Shown here in pieces: positions 19,040 to 27,525 of a stretch of 64,000 nt of DNA. Position numbers and translations under genes: made by a program. Location: IMG/VR virus record IMGVR_UViG_3300047666_000603, positions 9,239 to 73,238 of that record; one strand, given 5' to 3'. How positions within the stretch are numbered: the first letter of the stretch is position 1; every line of letters starts with the position of its first letter. Origin of the DNA: a virus. A model generated the notes under the pieces. The model was not told the origin of the DNA, searched no databases, and saw nothing but the letters and a program-made list of their open reading frames with translations.

Positions 19040-21195
19040 TGCCATATACAAAAGCACAAATAGAATGCAGAGAAGCGCATAAGAAATTTGAGCGTAGATA
19101 TGAAGTGAAGAAACACGTTCCTGATGCTATATGGGATTTCCCATACATACGTCCTGAGCCACCTTCCGCTCCCGCCAAAATACACAACTACGGAAAGGCA
19201 AAAGGTGAGCGGAAGTTTCCTTATTACACAGATGAGTTTGTAGATAAAATGGAAGCCCTTGCGAGAGAGGACGTTCTTTCAGAAGAGTATATAAGCTTTG
19301 TGGAAGGGGAATGGAGTAGACGTGTAAAGGGATTCTTTTTTTACAACGGGAACTCTCTTGAATACGTAACAGGACACCACTACTGCACACTGCAATACTG
19401 GAAAATACCTGTAACCAAGAAAGTGAGAGGTGTGAGCCGTAAAGGAAGGTACAAGCCTGACTTTATAGATATGCAGCGGGATATTTGGTACGCTATAGAC
19501 TATGCCCGAAAGTGCGATGTGTCTACAGGTGTGTGCTTAGTCGGCTTCCGTCGATCAGGAAAAACAGCTACAGCATTAGCGGAAGGCTATTGGGACTCCA
19601 CAGAGAACCCTGAAAGCGTATTCGCCATACAAAGTAAACCGGGTAACGATTCCAAGAAGCAATTTAAGAAGCTAGTGGATAGTTGGAAGCTAGTTCCCAT
19701 TTGGTTCAAGCCGAAAGATACAGAGGAAACAACCCAAACCACACGCCTAGTATTTGGAGAAAAGAAACAGAAAGGACGTAGCATTGAAGACCGTGTATAC
19801 CAAGAAGTACTTAACTCCGTAATATACGCAGAGAACTCAAAGGAAGAAGCACTCGATGGTGAGTATGTCAGCTTTGTGTTTCAGGATGAGCTTGGGAAAA
19901 GCCCACGAACACTGAACGTAGAAGAAAGGTGGAATATTACAAAGGAAGCCTTATTTGATGGTAGTGATGTAATTGGGAAAGCCTTCTTAACATCAACCGT
20001 AGAAGATCAGAATAAATATGGTAGCGCACACTTCAAGAGAATATTTGACGACTCCGACCCAAACAAGCTACTACCAAACGGCCTAACAAACTCAACACTA
20101 TTCAGACTATTCCTTCCTGCTTATTACGGGTTTCGCGGGGAAGAGAAAAACAAGAAAATAAGCTTCGTAGACGAATGGGGATACACAAACGTAAAAGAAT
20201 CTAAGGAATACCACCAAAAGATGTACGACTCTAAGAAAGGAGACTCACTGCTTTCTTACAGACGTAAATACCCCATGTCTATAAATGACTGTTGGATTAC
20301 GAGCGATGCTAAGAACAACTTTAGCAGCCAACGCTTAATGGAGCAGAAGATATGGAATGACGGAGTGAACTCTACAGAATGGGTGAGAGGTAATTTCATG
20401 TGGAAGCAAGGAAGGAAATGGACGGAAGTTGATTTTTATCCCGATGAACAACAAGGAAGGTGGTTAGTAGCTTGGCAACCCGACGAACACGACCGCAACC
20501 AATGGGATTTATACAACGGAACACAGAAACGACCTAAGCGTTCTTTCTGCTTTACGGGAATTGACCCATTTAGTCACGGGAAAGTGGTGGATGATGAGCA
20601 AGGCTCTAACGGCGCAGCAGTGACAATACTAAAAAGCTACGGAGGAACAGACCTTAAAGAATCTGTCGTATGCGTTTACAATTACAGACAAGCAGACCCT
20701 AACGCGCAGATAGAGGACATGATAATGCAATGCGTGTATTATTCTTCTCCCGCGCTAATTGAAAGCAACGTAGGATTTGCAATAAACGGATTCCAAGACA
20801 AAGGCTACTATGGATTCTGTGAGATGAACCCATTAGAGACCCGTCAGGAGATTATCAGGAAAGGAAAGAAGGGATATGCCACAACGTCAAAAGAAAGCGT
20901 AGAAAACCTTATAAGCAACGTAGCAAGCTATATATTGGATAGGGTGGGGAAGCGAGAAGATGGTGAGTGCGGATATTTCCCACCGCAGCTCGTAGACCAA
21001 TGCCTAAACTTCAACCCTGAAAAACGCGGCCCCTATGACCTTGTAATGGCATTAGGGATAGCTGTAATACTTCTCCGCAACGAAAAACAAAGCACCAACA
21101 TAGGTTGGGATTTTAGCGATTGGGTTCCTAGAGCAAGTGTTTCCACCTACGAAAGAGTGAAAACAGGGCTAAAAAAGAGTCAAATCATCGGCTAG
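19039..21195 (+). CDS. terL: Terminase large subunit
   Basis: Walker A RRSGKT, Walker B FQDELGK, STV, nuclease GIDPF...DLVMA. Confidence 0.92.
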   Translation: MPYTKAQIECREAHKKFERRYEVKKHVPDAIWDFPYIRPEPPSAPAKIHNYGKAKGERKFPYYTDEFVDKMEALAREDVLSEEYISFVEGEWSRRVKGFFFYNGNSLEYVTGHHYCTLQYWKIPVTKKVRGVSRKGRYKPDFIDMQRDIWYAIDYARKCDVSTGVCLVGFRRSGKTATALAEGYWDSTENPESVFAIQSKPGNDSKKQFKKLVDSWKLVPIWFKPKDTEETTQTTRLVFGEKKQKGRSIEDRVYQEVLNSVIYAENSKEEALDGEYVSFVFQDELGKSPRTLNVEERWNITKEALFDGSDVIGKAFLTSTVEDQNKYGSAHFKRIFDDSDPNKLLPNGLTNSTLFRLFLPAYYGFRGEEKNKKISFVDEWGYTNVKESKEYHQKMYDSKKGDSLLSYRRKYPMSINDCWITSDAKNNFSSQRLMEQKIWNDGVNSTEWVRGNFMWKQGRKWTEVDFYPDEQQGRWLVAWQPDEHDRNQWDLYNGTQKRPKRSFCFTGIDPFSHGKVVDDEQGSNGAAVTILKSYGGTDLKESVVCVYNYRQADPNAQIEDMIMQCVYYSSPALIESNVGFAINGFQDKGYYGFCEMNPLETRQEIIRKGKKGYATTSKESVENLISNVASYILDRVGKREDGECGYFPPQLVDQCLNFNPEKRGPYDLVMALGIAVILLRNEKQSTNIGWDFSDWVPRASVSTYERVKTGLKKSQIIG

Positions 21196-21439
21196 GCATT
21201 AGCGAATAAGCATCCGCAATTGAATAGCCAAGCCCATTAAACAGCTTGGACATCGTAATGAACGTGGTGGTTATCTTCTTGTTCTCAATATTACAGATGT
21301 GATAGGCTGTCACACCCGACAACACCTCTAACTCTCTCATACTAATCCCCTCAGCGTTTCTAAGCGTTCTCAAAAGAGTGGCTAAATCAGCCGCATCCAC
21401 CTTAAACTCTACTGTTTCTTTGTAGTCTTTCTTACTCAT
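21185..21439 (-). CDS. XRE-family HTH regulator
   Basis: LRTLRNAEGISMRELEVLSGVTAYHICNIEN. Confidence 0.82.
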   Translation of the reverse strand: MSKKDYKETVEFKVDAADLATLLRTLRNAEGISMRELEVLSGVTAYHICNIENKKITTTFITMSKLFNGLGYSIADAYSLMPSR

Positions 21440-21459
21440 AGATATAATTTATCAAATTT

Positions 21460-21495
21460 CAATAACAAATAGAGAACAAATATACACTTATTTTG
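21460..21495 (+). promoter_or_regulatory. Putative late promoter CAATAAC-N21-TTATTTTG (scaffold/MCP)
   Basis: Motif copy. Confidence 0.65.
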
Positions 21496-21516
21496 CATTA
21501 AACCAAATTATTGTAT

Positions 21517-22656
21517 ATGAGCGAAGTGCAAGAACAAGTAAGTAATCCATTTGCAGGGATGGTTCACGGCACAAGAACAGCCCCATCAGCACCATTAGCG
21601 GAAGCACCGTCAACAGTAGTGGATGATGAAGAAGTGGTAGAGGACACACCCGACGTGGTGGTGGACATATCCGAAGAGGCTACAGAAGAAGTGAAGGCGG
21701 AAGAGCCTAAAGAAGAAGTGGTGGCGGATGACGTAGTGACGTTAGACTTCGGGCAAAAAGTAGAACCACAAGAAGTAACAACAGAAACAATAGACGCATA
21801 CAAAGAGCGACTAAGCACACTAGAGGCGGAATTAGCTAAGGCAAAAGAAACACCCAAGCTAGACCCCCGCATAGAGAAATTAAACGACATCATCCGCAAC
21901 GGAGGCGACATAAACCAATCCGTATGGGAGATGCAATCAAAAGACTACTCTGACATTTCATTGCAAGAAGTGGAGAACACTTTAAGCATAGTGAAAGACA
22001 AGTTGAAGTATTTAGATGGGGATGACGCTGACATGGTGAACATCTACCTAGACGACAAATACCCAACACTAAGAGGTAAGAAAGACGCTGACGACTTTGA
22101 CACAGATGAAGAGTTTGGCGCACAAAAGAAACGAGAAGAAACATTACTGCGGAAAGAGGCAAAAGAATTTGTTCCAAAGCTGAAAGACTTTCAGGAAGGG
22201 ATGAGATTGCCAAACGCACCGCAACATAAACAACAAGAGGAATACGAACAAGCAGTGAGGGCTTATCGGACAGAAGCTATAACGAAAGTTAGTGAAATTA
22301 ACTCGTTTGACATACAGCTTACAGATGACCTTACAGTGAGGATTCCAATTACAGGGGATGCCGCTAAATATGCTGACTCCATTGCCACTGAGCCTGAGAA
22401 TCAAGCACAGTATTTTAATAGGTATAGGAATGAGGATGGAAGCGTGAATTTCCAAAAGCTTAAAGTAGAGACCTACCGCAGCCAAAACCAAGAGCAGATT
22501 GATAAAGCCTTGTTCGATCAGGGCCGAAGTTACGGGAAGAAGGAAGCAATACAGGAACTACAAGGTGACAACGGAGGCATGACAAGGAAAGCAGCCCCCA
22601 CCACCAAAAAAACTAACAACCCGTTTTCGGGTATGAAACATTCAAAAAGAAACTAA
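21517..22656 (+). CDS. Putative capsid scaffolding protein
   Basis: Acidic N-terminus, helical body, immediately upstream of MCP; NPF.GM motif at both ends. Confidence 0.65.
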   Translation: MSEVQEQVSNPFAGMVHGTRTAPSAPLAEAPSTVVDDEEVVEDTPDVVVDISEEATEEVKAEEPKEEVVADDVVTLDFGQKVEPQEVTTETIDAYKERLSTLEAELAKAKETPKLDPRIEKLNDIIRNGGDINQSVWEMQSKDYSDISLQEVENTLSIVKDKLKYLDGDDADMVNIYLDDKYPTLRGKKDADDFDTDEEFGAQKKREETLLRKEAKEFVPKLKDFQEGMRLPNAPQHKQQEEYEQAVRAYRTEAITKVSEINSFDIQLTDDLTVRIPITGDAAKYADSIATEPENQAQYFNRYRNEDGSVNFQKLKVETYRSQNQEQIDKALFDQGRSYGKKEAIQELQGDNGGMTRKAAPTTKKTNNPFSGMKHSKRN

Positions 22657-22659
22657 CAG

Positions 22660-24111
22660 ATGGGATATACACCAGTAGGTATAGGGGGAAACTCCCCACA
22701 AGGGGTTGGTCTAGCAAGGACTGACTTTAACTTTTTAGGAGCGCAGACTCTAAACGGATTTTCCGTACTGCATCCTGACGTAGACCCAACGTTGACAAAA
22801 CGTTATGGGCATCAAGACGACATGATCTCAATGTTTGACAAATTGGGTCTTGCACGTCGAGTAACGAATAGTACAATCTTCCGTCACTACGAAGAAGAGC
22901 GACTACGACCACCTGTGGTTATGGACGCTAGTAGCGTTGGAGGCGCTGGAGCAACAGTGCAGATTCCAATTTTAGCGGCTGACCAGTTTAGTATTCCGCA
23001 ATCAGCTCCGTACATCGGATCAGGAACAACTAATGCTGTAGCACCTCGACTTGGTGATGTAGGGTTTTTCTCTAACAACGTAGAGGCTGTAGTAACTGCT
23101 GTAGCTGCTGATGGCACTACGTTTGATGCAACACCAACACAAACAGGCGAAGTAATTCCAGAAATCACATCTGGCGATGAGTTTGTCATCACTTCCGCTG
23201 TATCTAATGAAGCGGGTACATTCGCAGATAGAGGTTCATTCTCAAGTCGTGTAATCTACTACCAAAACAACACACAAATCTTCACTGAGCGTCACGAAAT
23301 TTCTGGCTCTGCATTAGGTGAAGAAACGTGGATTGACTTTGATGGTAAGTACGGACAAGGAAAGTACTGGTACTACTACGATATGGACAGAACGTTGAGA
23401 CGACACAAAAGCTCGTTTGCTAACGGTTGCATCTTCGGAAAGGACATCACTAACGTTACGTTGGCGGGAATCGCTGGATTTGAGCAAGCTAAGAAAACAA
23501 AAGGTTTGATCCCAACAATTCAAGCTTCGGGTATTAATGAAGCCTTTACAACAGGAGCCTTGACGCTAGCTGATGTTGAGAATGTTCTTGATGACTTGTC
23601 AGAGCAAAGTGCTGCTAACGAGTATATGCTTCTTTGTTCTCAAGGGTTCCGTAAGGACATTAACAAACTCGCAAGAGAAGGTGATGGGCTTACTTTCAAT
23701 CAGGATTCTAGGTCTTCTATAATCTTCGCAGACTTCAATGGCGGTGTTCAAGCTGTAGACTTTGATATAGATACTGTGAAACACCTAGGATACACATTGA
23801 ACATTAAAACTCAACGTGCATTCAGTGATCCAACCCAACAAGGAGCAATCACAGCATACAATAGTTTTGCTGTCGGAATGCCAATGGGAGAGGTGAACAT
23901 CTACGAAGAACTAGGTGGAAGCTATGTAAAAACACCTGCAATGCAAGTGGTATACAAAGGATCAGGCCCAGAAGGAGGAGATCGTTCAATGGACGAATAC
24001 GTACAAACTCCAAGAGAGACAGGTAAAGACAACTTAGTACACGTAATGGTGACAGAGGGTGGTGTTGAAACAAACGCCATTAACCACTGCTTCACAATGC
24101 AAGGTTCCTAA
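22660..24111 (+). CDS. Major capsid protein (crAss-like HK97 fold)
   Basis: 483 aa, KRYG, YQNNTQIF...ISGSA, KGLI; followed by a terminator. Confidence 0.85.
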   Translation: MGYTPVGIGGNSPQGVGLARTDFNFLGAQTLNGFSVLHPDVDPTLTKRYGHQDDMISMFDKLGLARRVTNSTIFRHYEEERLRPPVVMDASSVGGAGATVQIPILAADQFSIPQSAPYIGSGTTNAVAPRLGDVGFFSNNVEAVVTAVAADGTTFDATPTQTGEVIPEITSGDEFVITSAVSNEAGTFADRGSFSSRVIYYQNNTQIFTERHEISGSALGEETWIDFDGKYGQGKYWYYYDMDRTLRRHKSSFANGCIFGKDITNVTLAGIAGFEQAKKTKGLIPTIQASGINEAFTTGALTLADVENVLDDLSEQSAANEYMLLCSQGFRKDINKLAREGDGLTFNQDSRSSIIFADFNGGVQAVDFDIDTVKHLGYTLNIKTQRAFSDPTQQGAITAYNSFAVGMPMGEVNIYEELGGSYVKTPAMQVVYKGSGPEGGDRSMDEYVQTPRETGKDNLVHVMVTEGGVETNAINHCFTMQGS

Positions 24112-24128
24112 GTAGTAATAAATGCAAT

Positions 24129-24159
24129 GGCGCGGGGAAAGACCTCGCGCCTTTTTTTT
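24129..24159 (+). terminator. Intrinsic terminator after MCP
   Basis: ggcgcgggg-aaaga-cctcgcgcc followed by T run. Confidence 0.85.
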
Positions 24160-24176
24160 ACATATACAATCAACAA

Positions 24177-25235
24177 ATGGCAAACTTAGTCTATAGATTA
24201 GGACAATCAGGCAGACAGAAGAGAAGCAACCCATCAGATTTAGGTTATTACGCAACAGGTTCAAGAGACGGAGGAAATCAAGACCTCGCACCACCTATGC
24301 CCTATTCGAGAAGGTTTAAAGCAATTCACACTGTAAGAGTAGAGAAAGACGGGAAAATAATTCCCCGCAAAGTGGCCTACAGCCCCGACGAAGAAAGTAT
24401 TTTTATGGATGATTGGGTGGATAAAAACTCAAAAGTTGTAAAGATTAAGTTCAAGAAGGGGATGCTCATGGTGGATGAGGATAATGAACCACAACTTATT
24501 GAACTGTTAAGTTTATTGGACGGGAATGAATCAAAACCAAATAGGGACACTAAAACCCCTGTTTTATTCCATCAGATTAACAAATCAAAGAAAGCAGAGG
24601 AAGTTTTGTTAAACGAAGAGCGTGTAGCAAAAGAACTAGCCGTATATTGGGACTTACCATACACAAGAAAGCAAGCAATTGCAAATTGGGTGGGGATAAG
24701 AACAGCAAACCAAGACCCGAATATGTGGCAGCACAGCCTATTCCTATGGGCGAAACACAACGTCAAGAAGTTTAAAGAAGTTTATCACAACCCCGACCTA
24801 GAGTACATGGATTTCATTTCACGAGCAGAGAACATCGGCTTATTGAAGTTTAACACAAATACATGGAAATACGGAGAAGTGAAGATGCTAGTAGTGAGTA
24901 GGAATGATATGCGCTACGAGAAGCTAGTGGAAAGGCTCTTAAACGAACCCTCGCTGTACAAGTCTATTGCTGACGACGTACTTCGGGCAGAAGGTAAAAG
25001 CAACCTCATAGTAGCAGGGAAGGAGAAATTTGACTTTGATGCAATGACAGCCGAAGACCTTTTGGACAAAGCTAAGAAGCATGACTTAGTGAAATACAAA
25101 GGAGGAACAGGATTCTACATTGTGGACACAGGTAAAGCTGTGGGTAAATCAACCAAGGAGGACGCTATTAAGTCAATAGAGACAGACCCTTATTTGAGAC
25201 AACAAATAGAGGAACAGTTCAAAAAGCTCATCTAA
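24177..25235 (+). CDS. Protein following MCP (crAss capsid-module-type position)
   Basis: 352-aa ORF, IKFKKGML.V; call rests mainly on position. Confidence 0.55.
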   Translation: MANLVYRLGQSGRQKRSNPSDLGYYATGSRDGGNQDLAPPMPYSRRFKAIHTVRVEKDGKIIPRKVAYSPDEESIFMDDWVDKNSKVVKIKFKKGMLMVDEDNEPQLIELLSLLDGNESKPNRDTKTPVLFHQINKSKKAEEVLLNEERVAKELAVYWDLPYTRKQAIANWVGIRTANQDPNMWQHSLFLWAKHNVKKFKEVYHNPDLEYMDFISRAENIGLLKFNTNTWKYGEVKMLVVSRNDMRYEKLVERLLNEPSLYKSIADDVLRAEGKSNLIVAGKEKFDFDAMTAEDLLDKAKKHDLVKYKGGTGFYIVDTGKAVGKSTKEDAIKSIETDPYLRQQIEEQFKKLI

Positions 25236-25260
25236 TAAAAAGGAGGTGATGTTCTAAAAT

Positions 25261-25294
25261 AAAAAGCCCTGCATTTGTTTGCGGGGCTTTTTTT
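25261..25294 (+). terminator. Intrinsic terminator (AGCCCTGC...GCGGGGCTTTT family)
   Basis: GC stem flanked by A and T runs. Confidence 0.85.
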
Positions 25295-25297
25295 GTT

Positions 25298-25305
25298 TAT
25301 ATTTG
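25298..25305 (+). promoter_or_regulatory. -7 box TATATTTG directly upstream of array 3
   Basis: TAnnTTTG, 5 nt before AAC 25311. Confidence 0.6.
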
Positions 25306-25364
25306 CTCATAACGTTAAATGTAAAAAGCATTTTAATGATTTTTAAATAATGTTGTAAGTAGTT

Positions 25365-25476
25365 GCTGCGGTATGCAAGAGTAAATGACTTCTAATTGTC
25401 GCCCTGCAAAGGTTGGTCAAAGCAGCGTCCGCAAAACGTGCCGCAAGGTTCGAGGGTTCGAATCCCTCTCGTAGCA
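25365..25476 (+). tRNA. Atypical tRNA-like RNA (Cys-like GCA anticodon) with about 33 nt extra in the D-loop
   Basis: Acceptor GCTGCGG/TCGTAGC, T-arm GAGGG-TTCGAAT-CCCTC, D-stem TGC/GCA, variable arm CC-GCAA-GG. Confidence 0.6.
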
Positions 25477-25735
25477 GCTATTACTTACAACGTTTAGTAT
25501 AAAAATAGTAAGGGGTGGAGGTTGAAATCTCCCGACTCATAGGTAGCTATAATCTTGTCCATATCCTATGCCAAGCCCGTAGGTTATAGACCCCTTATTT
25601 TATTTACACATTGTTGTATGTCTTTTTTAATTGCATACAACTACAAAGCTATGTGGCGTGGCTACAACAACGCTGAAATAAACAAACAAGTCGCCCAGCC
25701 ATGCCATATAGGTAATGTTGTGGTGCGTTTTTATT

Positions 25736-25957
25736 ATGAACTTGAAATATGCAATACAAGTAAAAAAAACAGGGAAGTGGTTAAACTTAGATTTTCATGA
25801 CGGGTCTGAAATAATAACTGTAAATGACTTTACGAAGGCTTATCATTTCGATGACTCAGAAGCGGCTGAAAAATTCCTTTCTTATCATAGGCTTGATAAA
25901 GGGAATCACGAGATGTTTAAGCTCGAAGTATTTGCTAGGCCGATTGAATGGTCTTAA
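25736..25957 (+). CDS. Cassette hypothetical protein
   Basis: Fills cassette 25717-~25965. Confidence 0.7.
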   Translation: MNLKYAIQVKKTGKWLNLDFHDGSEIITVNDFTKAYHFDDSEAAEKFLSYHRLDKGNHEMFKLEVFARPIEWS

Positions 25958-26065
25958 TGCCCTACGGCTATGATAAGAACTGGCCGAACAAAAACACTAG
26001 ATTCAAGCCGTAACGCTGCCGCGGCTTGTTTTTATCAATTGTTGGCAGCAGTTAAATTTTTTAAG

Positions 26066-26431
26066 ATGATTCGAATTATTAAAGACAAAACAGAACTGAG
26101 AAAAGGAAACTTAATTTTTGTTGATAGCATAGTATTCCCACCAAATTTTATTACCGCTAAACCGCAAATTCTAGGTGATGGATGGGAAGAGGATATAAAT
26201 AAAGAGTGGGAAAATTGCGCCTTTCTAAATGCTAAAGAGCAATACATGAAAGATTTATTCGGCAATGAAATGGAGAAAAACGAGGTGAAAGTTGAGCAAT
26301 TGGAAAAAGAAGATTTCGACACATTTCCAAAGTGGAAGATGAGTTACAAAAAGGAAACTAAAGAGGCTTCTTTTATACACCAAGTTCAAAACAATTATGA
26401 GGATTGGACTGGTGAAAAGCTCATCCCTTAA
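26066..26431 (+). CDS. Cassette protein, paralogue-like to 51962-52429
   Basis: ELRKGNL...IHQVQNNYEDWTGEKL. Confidence 0.7.
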   Translation: MIRIIKDKTELRKGNLIFVDSIVFPPNFITAKPQILGDGWEEDINKEWENCAFLNAKEQYMKDLFGNEMEKNEVKVEQLEKEDFDTFPKWKMSYKKETKEASFIHQVQNNYEDWTGEKLIP

Positions 26432-26503
26432 TTGCATCCCAACACCAAGAGAAGTGCCGTTTTTTCAATGGCATTTCTCGACTGTTGTGAGCATATTCTT
26501 TAC

Positions 26504-26539
26504 CAATAACAAACACCCTTTGTCTTCTTTGTAATTTAG
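26504..26539 (+). promoter_or_regulatory. Putative late promoter CAATAAC-N21-TAATTTAG
   Basis: Motif copy. Confidence 0.65.
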
Positions 26540-26557
26540 CGGGAAAATTAGCCCGTT

Positions 26558-27310
26558 ATGCCCACCACTGTAGGAGACGTAGTAAGTCAATATTTAATAG
26601 AGCAGGATAATAACTCCCAACATGGGCGACCTCGGCTTATAAACATAGCAATAAGCGGCCTAAAAGAGCTTCATTTTGACGTTACAGGCGCACCCGTATT
26701 CACGCAACTAACATTAGACAGCAATAAGACTGCGGCTGTTCCTACGGGCTTAATAAACGTCATAGGGATGTTTATGAACTCAGTTAACTACGGGCTATTG
26801 GAAATTGTAGAATCAAAACAACTCCCGCCAAACCTTATAAACAGCCAAGGAAGCACCGTTATAGCAGACAAATCCACATTCGGAAACGACCCTTCTTTTG
26901 GTTTTGGAGGAGGAATGGGAGGAAGCAACGTAGGCTCGGATTTTCAGGGCGGAGAATTTCGCGGGGGAGTGTATAGTGGCGTAGGCTCCAACCCATACAA
27001 ATACAATTGGAACAGAAGCACAAACAGATTTGAGTTCTCAAGCAACGTCACCAACCCTATATTAGAATACCTCGGCCAATTAGGAACAACAGACGGGAAG
27101 CACTGTGTACCTGAGTTCGCTGTGGACGCACTAATACAATGGATTCGATACGTAGACACCCGCAACAAAGGAATAAGCCCTAGTGAGAAGCGATATAACC
27201 AACAATCATGGGTGAACGCAAAGAACTTAGTGCTACGGAGGATGGCAAATATTACACCAGCGGGTTTACGTGAAGGCTTTAGAAAAAATTATTCACTAAC
27301 AGTTAAGTAA
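26558..27310 (+). CDS. Tail ring protein
   Basis: GLKELHFDV, ILEYL, VPEFAVDALIQWI; upstream of muzzle gene. Confidence 0.7.
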   Translation: MPTTVGDVVSQYLIEQDNNSQHGRPRLINIAISGLKELHFDVTGAPVFTQLTLDSNKTAAVPTGLINVIGMFMNSVNYGLLEIVESKQLPPNLINSQGSTVIADKSTFGNDPSFGFGGGMGGSNVGSDFQGGEFRGGVYSGVGSNPYKYNWNRSTNRFEFSSNVTNPILEYLGQLGTTDGKHCVPEFAVDALIQWIRYVDTRNKGISPSEKRYNQQSWVNAKNLVLRRMANITPAGLREGFRKNYSLTVK

Positions 27311-27311
27311 A

Positions 27312-27521
27312 ATGGCAGATGTTAACGCAAACGCAATTCCGCTCACAGCAAGCACAACCAAAATAATGTTTATTGATTATGATGCCCCAACAGGTAATGG
27401 GGTGACAACCGTAACAATAGATGCTGTAGCGTACACCGTTCTAGACGATGGTAATGAAAACAACAGTTGGGTGGTGATAGATGGATTTGTAGCGGGAGGA
27501 AGAATAGTGGCAACCATATAA
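27312..27521 (+). CDS. Small putative virion protein
   Basis: ORF coupled within the tail operon. Confidence 0.55.
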   Translation: MADVNANAIPLTASTTKIMFIDYDAPTGNGVTTVTIDAVAYTVLDDGNENNSWVVIDGFVAGGRIVATI

Positions 27522-27525
27522 GAAT

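Larger units (their letters stand above)
25311..26492 (+). mobile_element. Integron-like cassette array 3 (tRNA-like, empty and two ORF cassettes)
   Basis: Hairpins 25311-25354, 25489-25615, 25639-25719, ~25963-26043, 26441-26486; outer cores gctcataac / gttgtgagc. Confidence 0.85.

Noticed and set aside
23755-23772. DFDID motif resembling the crAss RNAP active site
   Set aside because: Lies inside the major capsid protein; coincidental.
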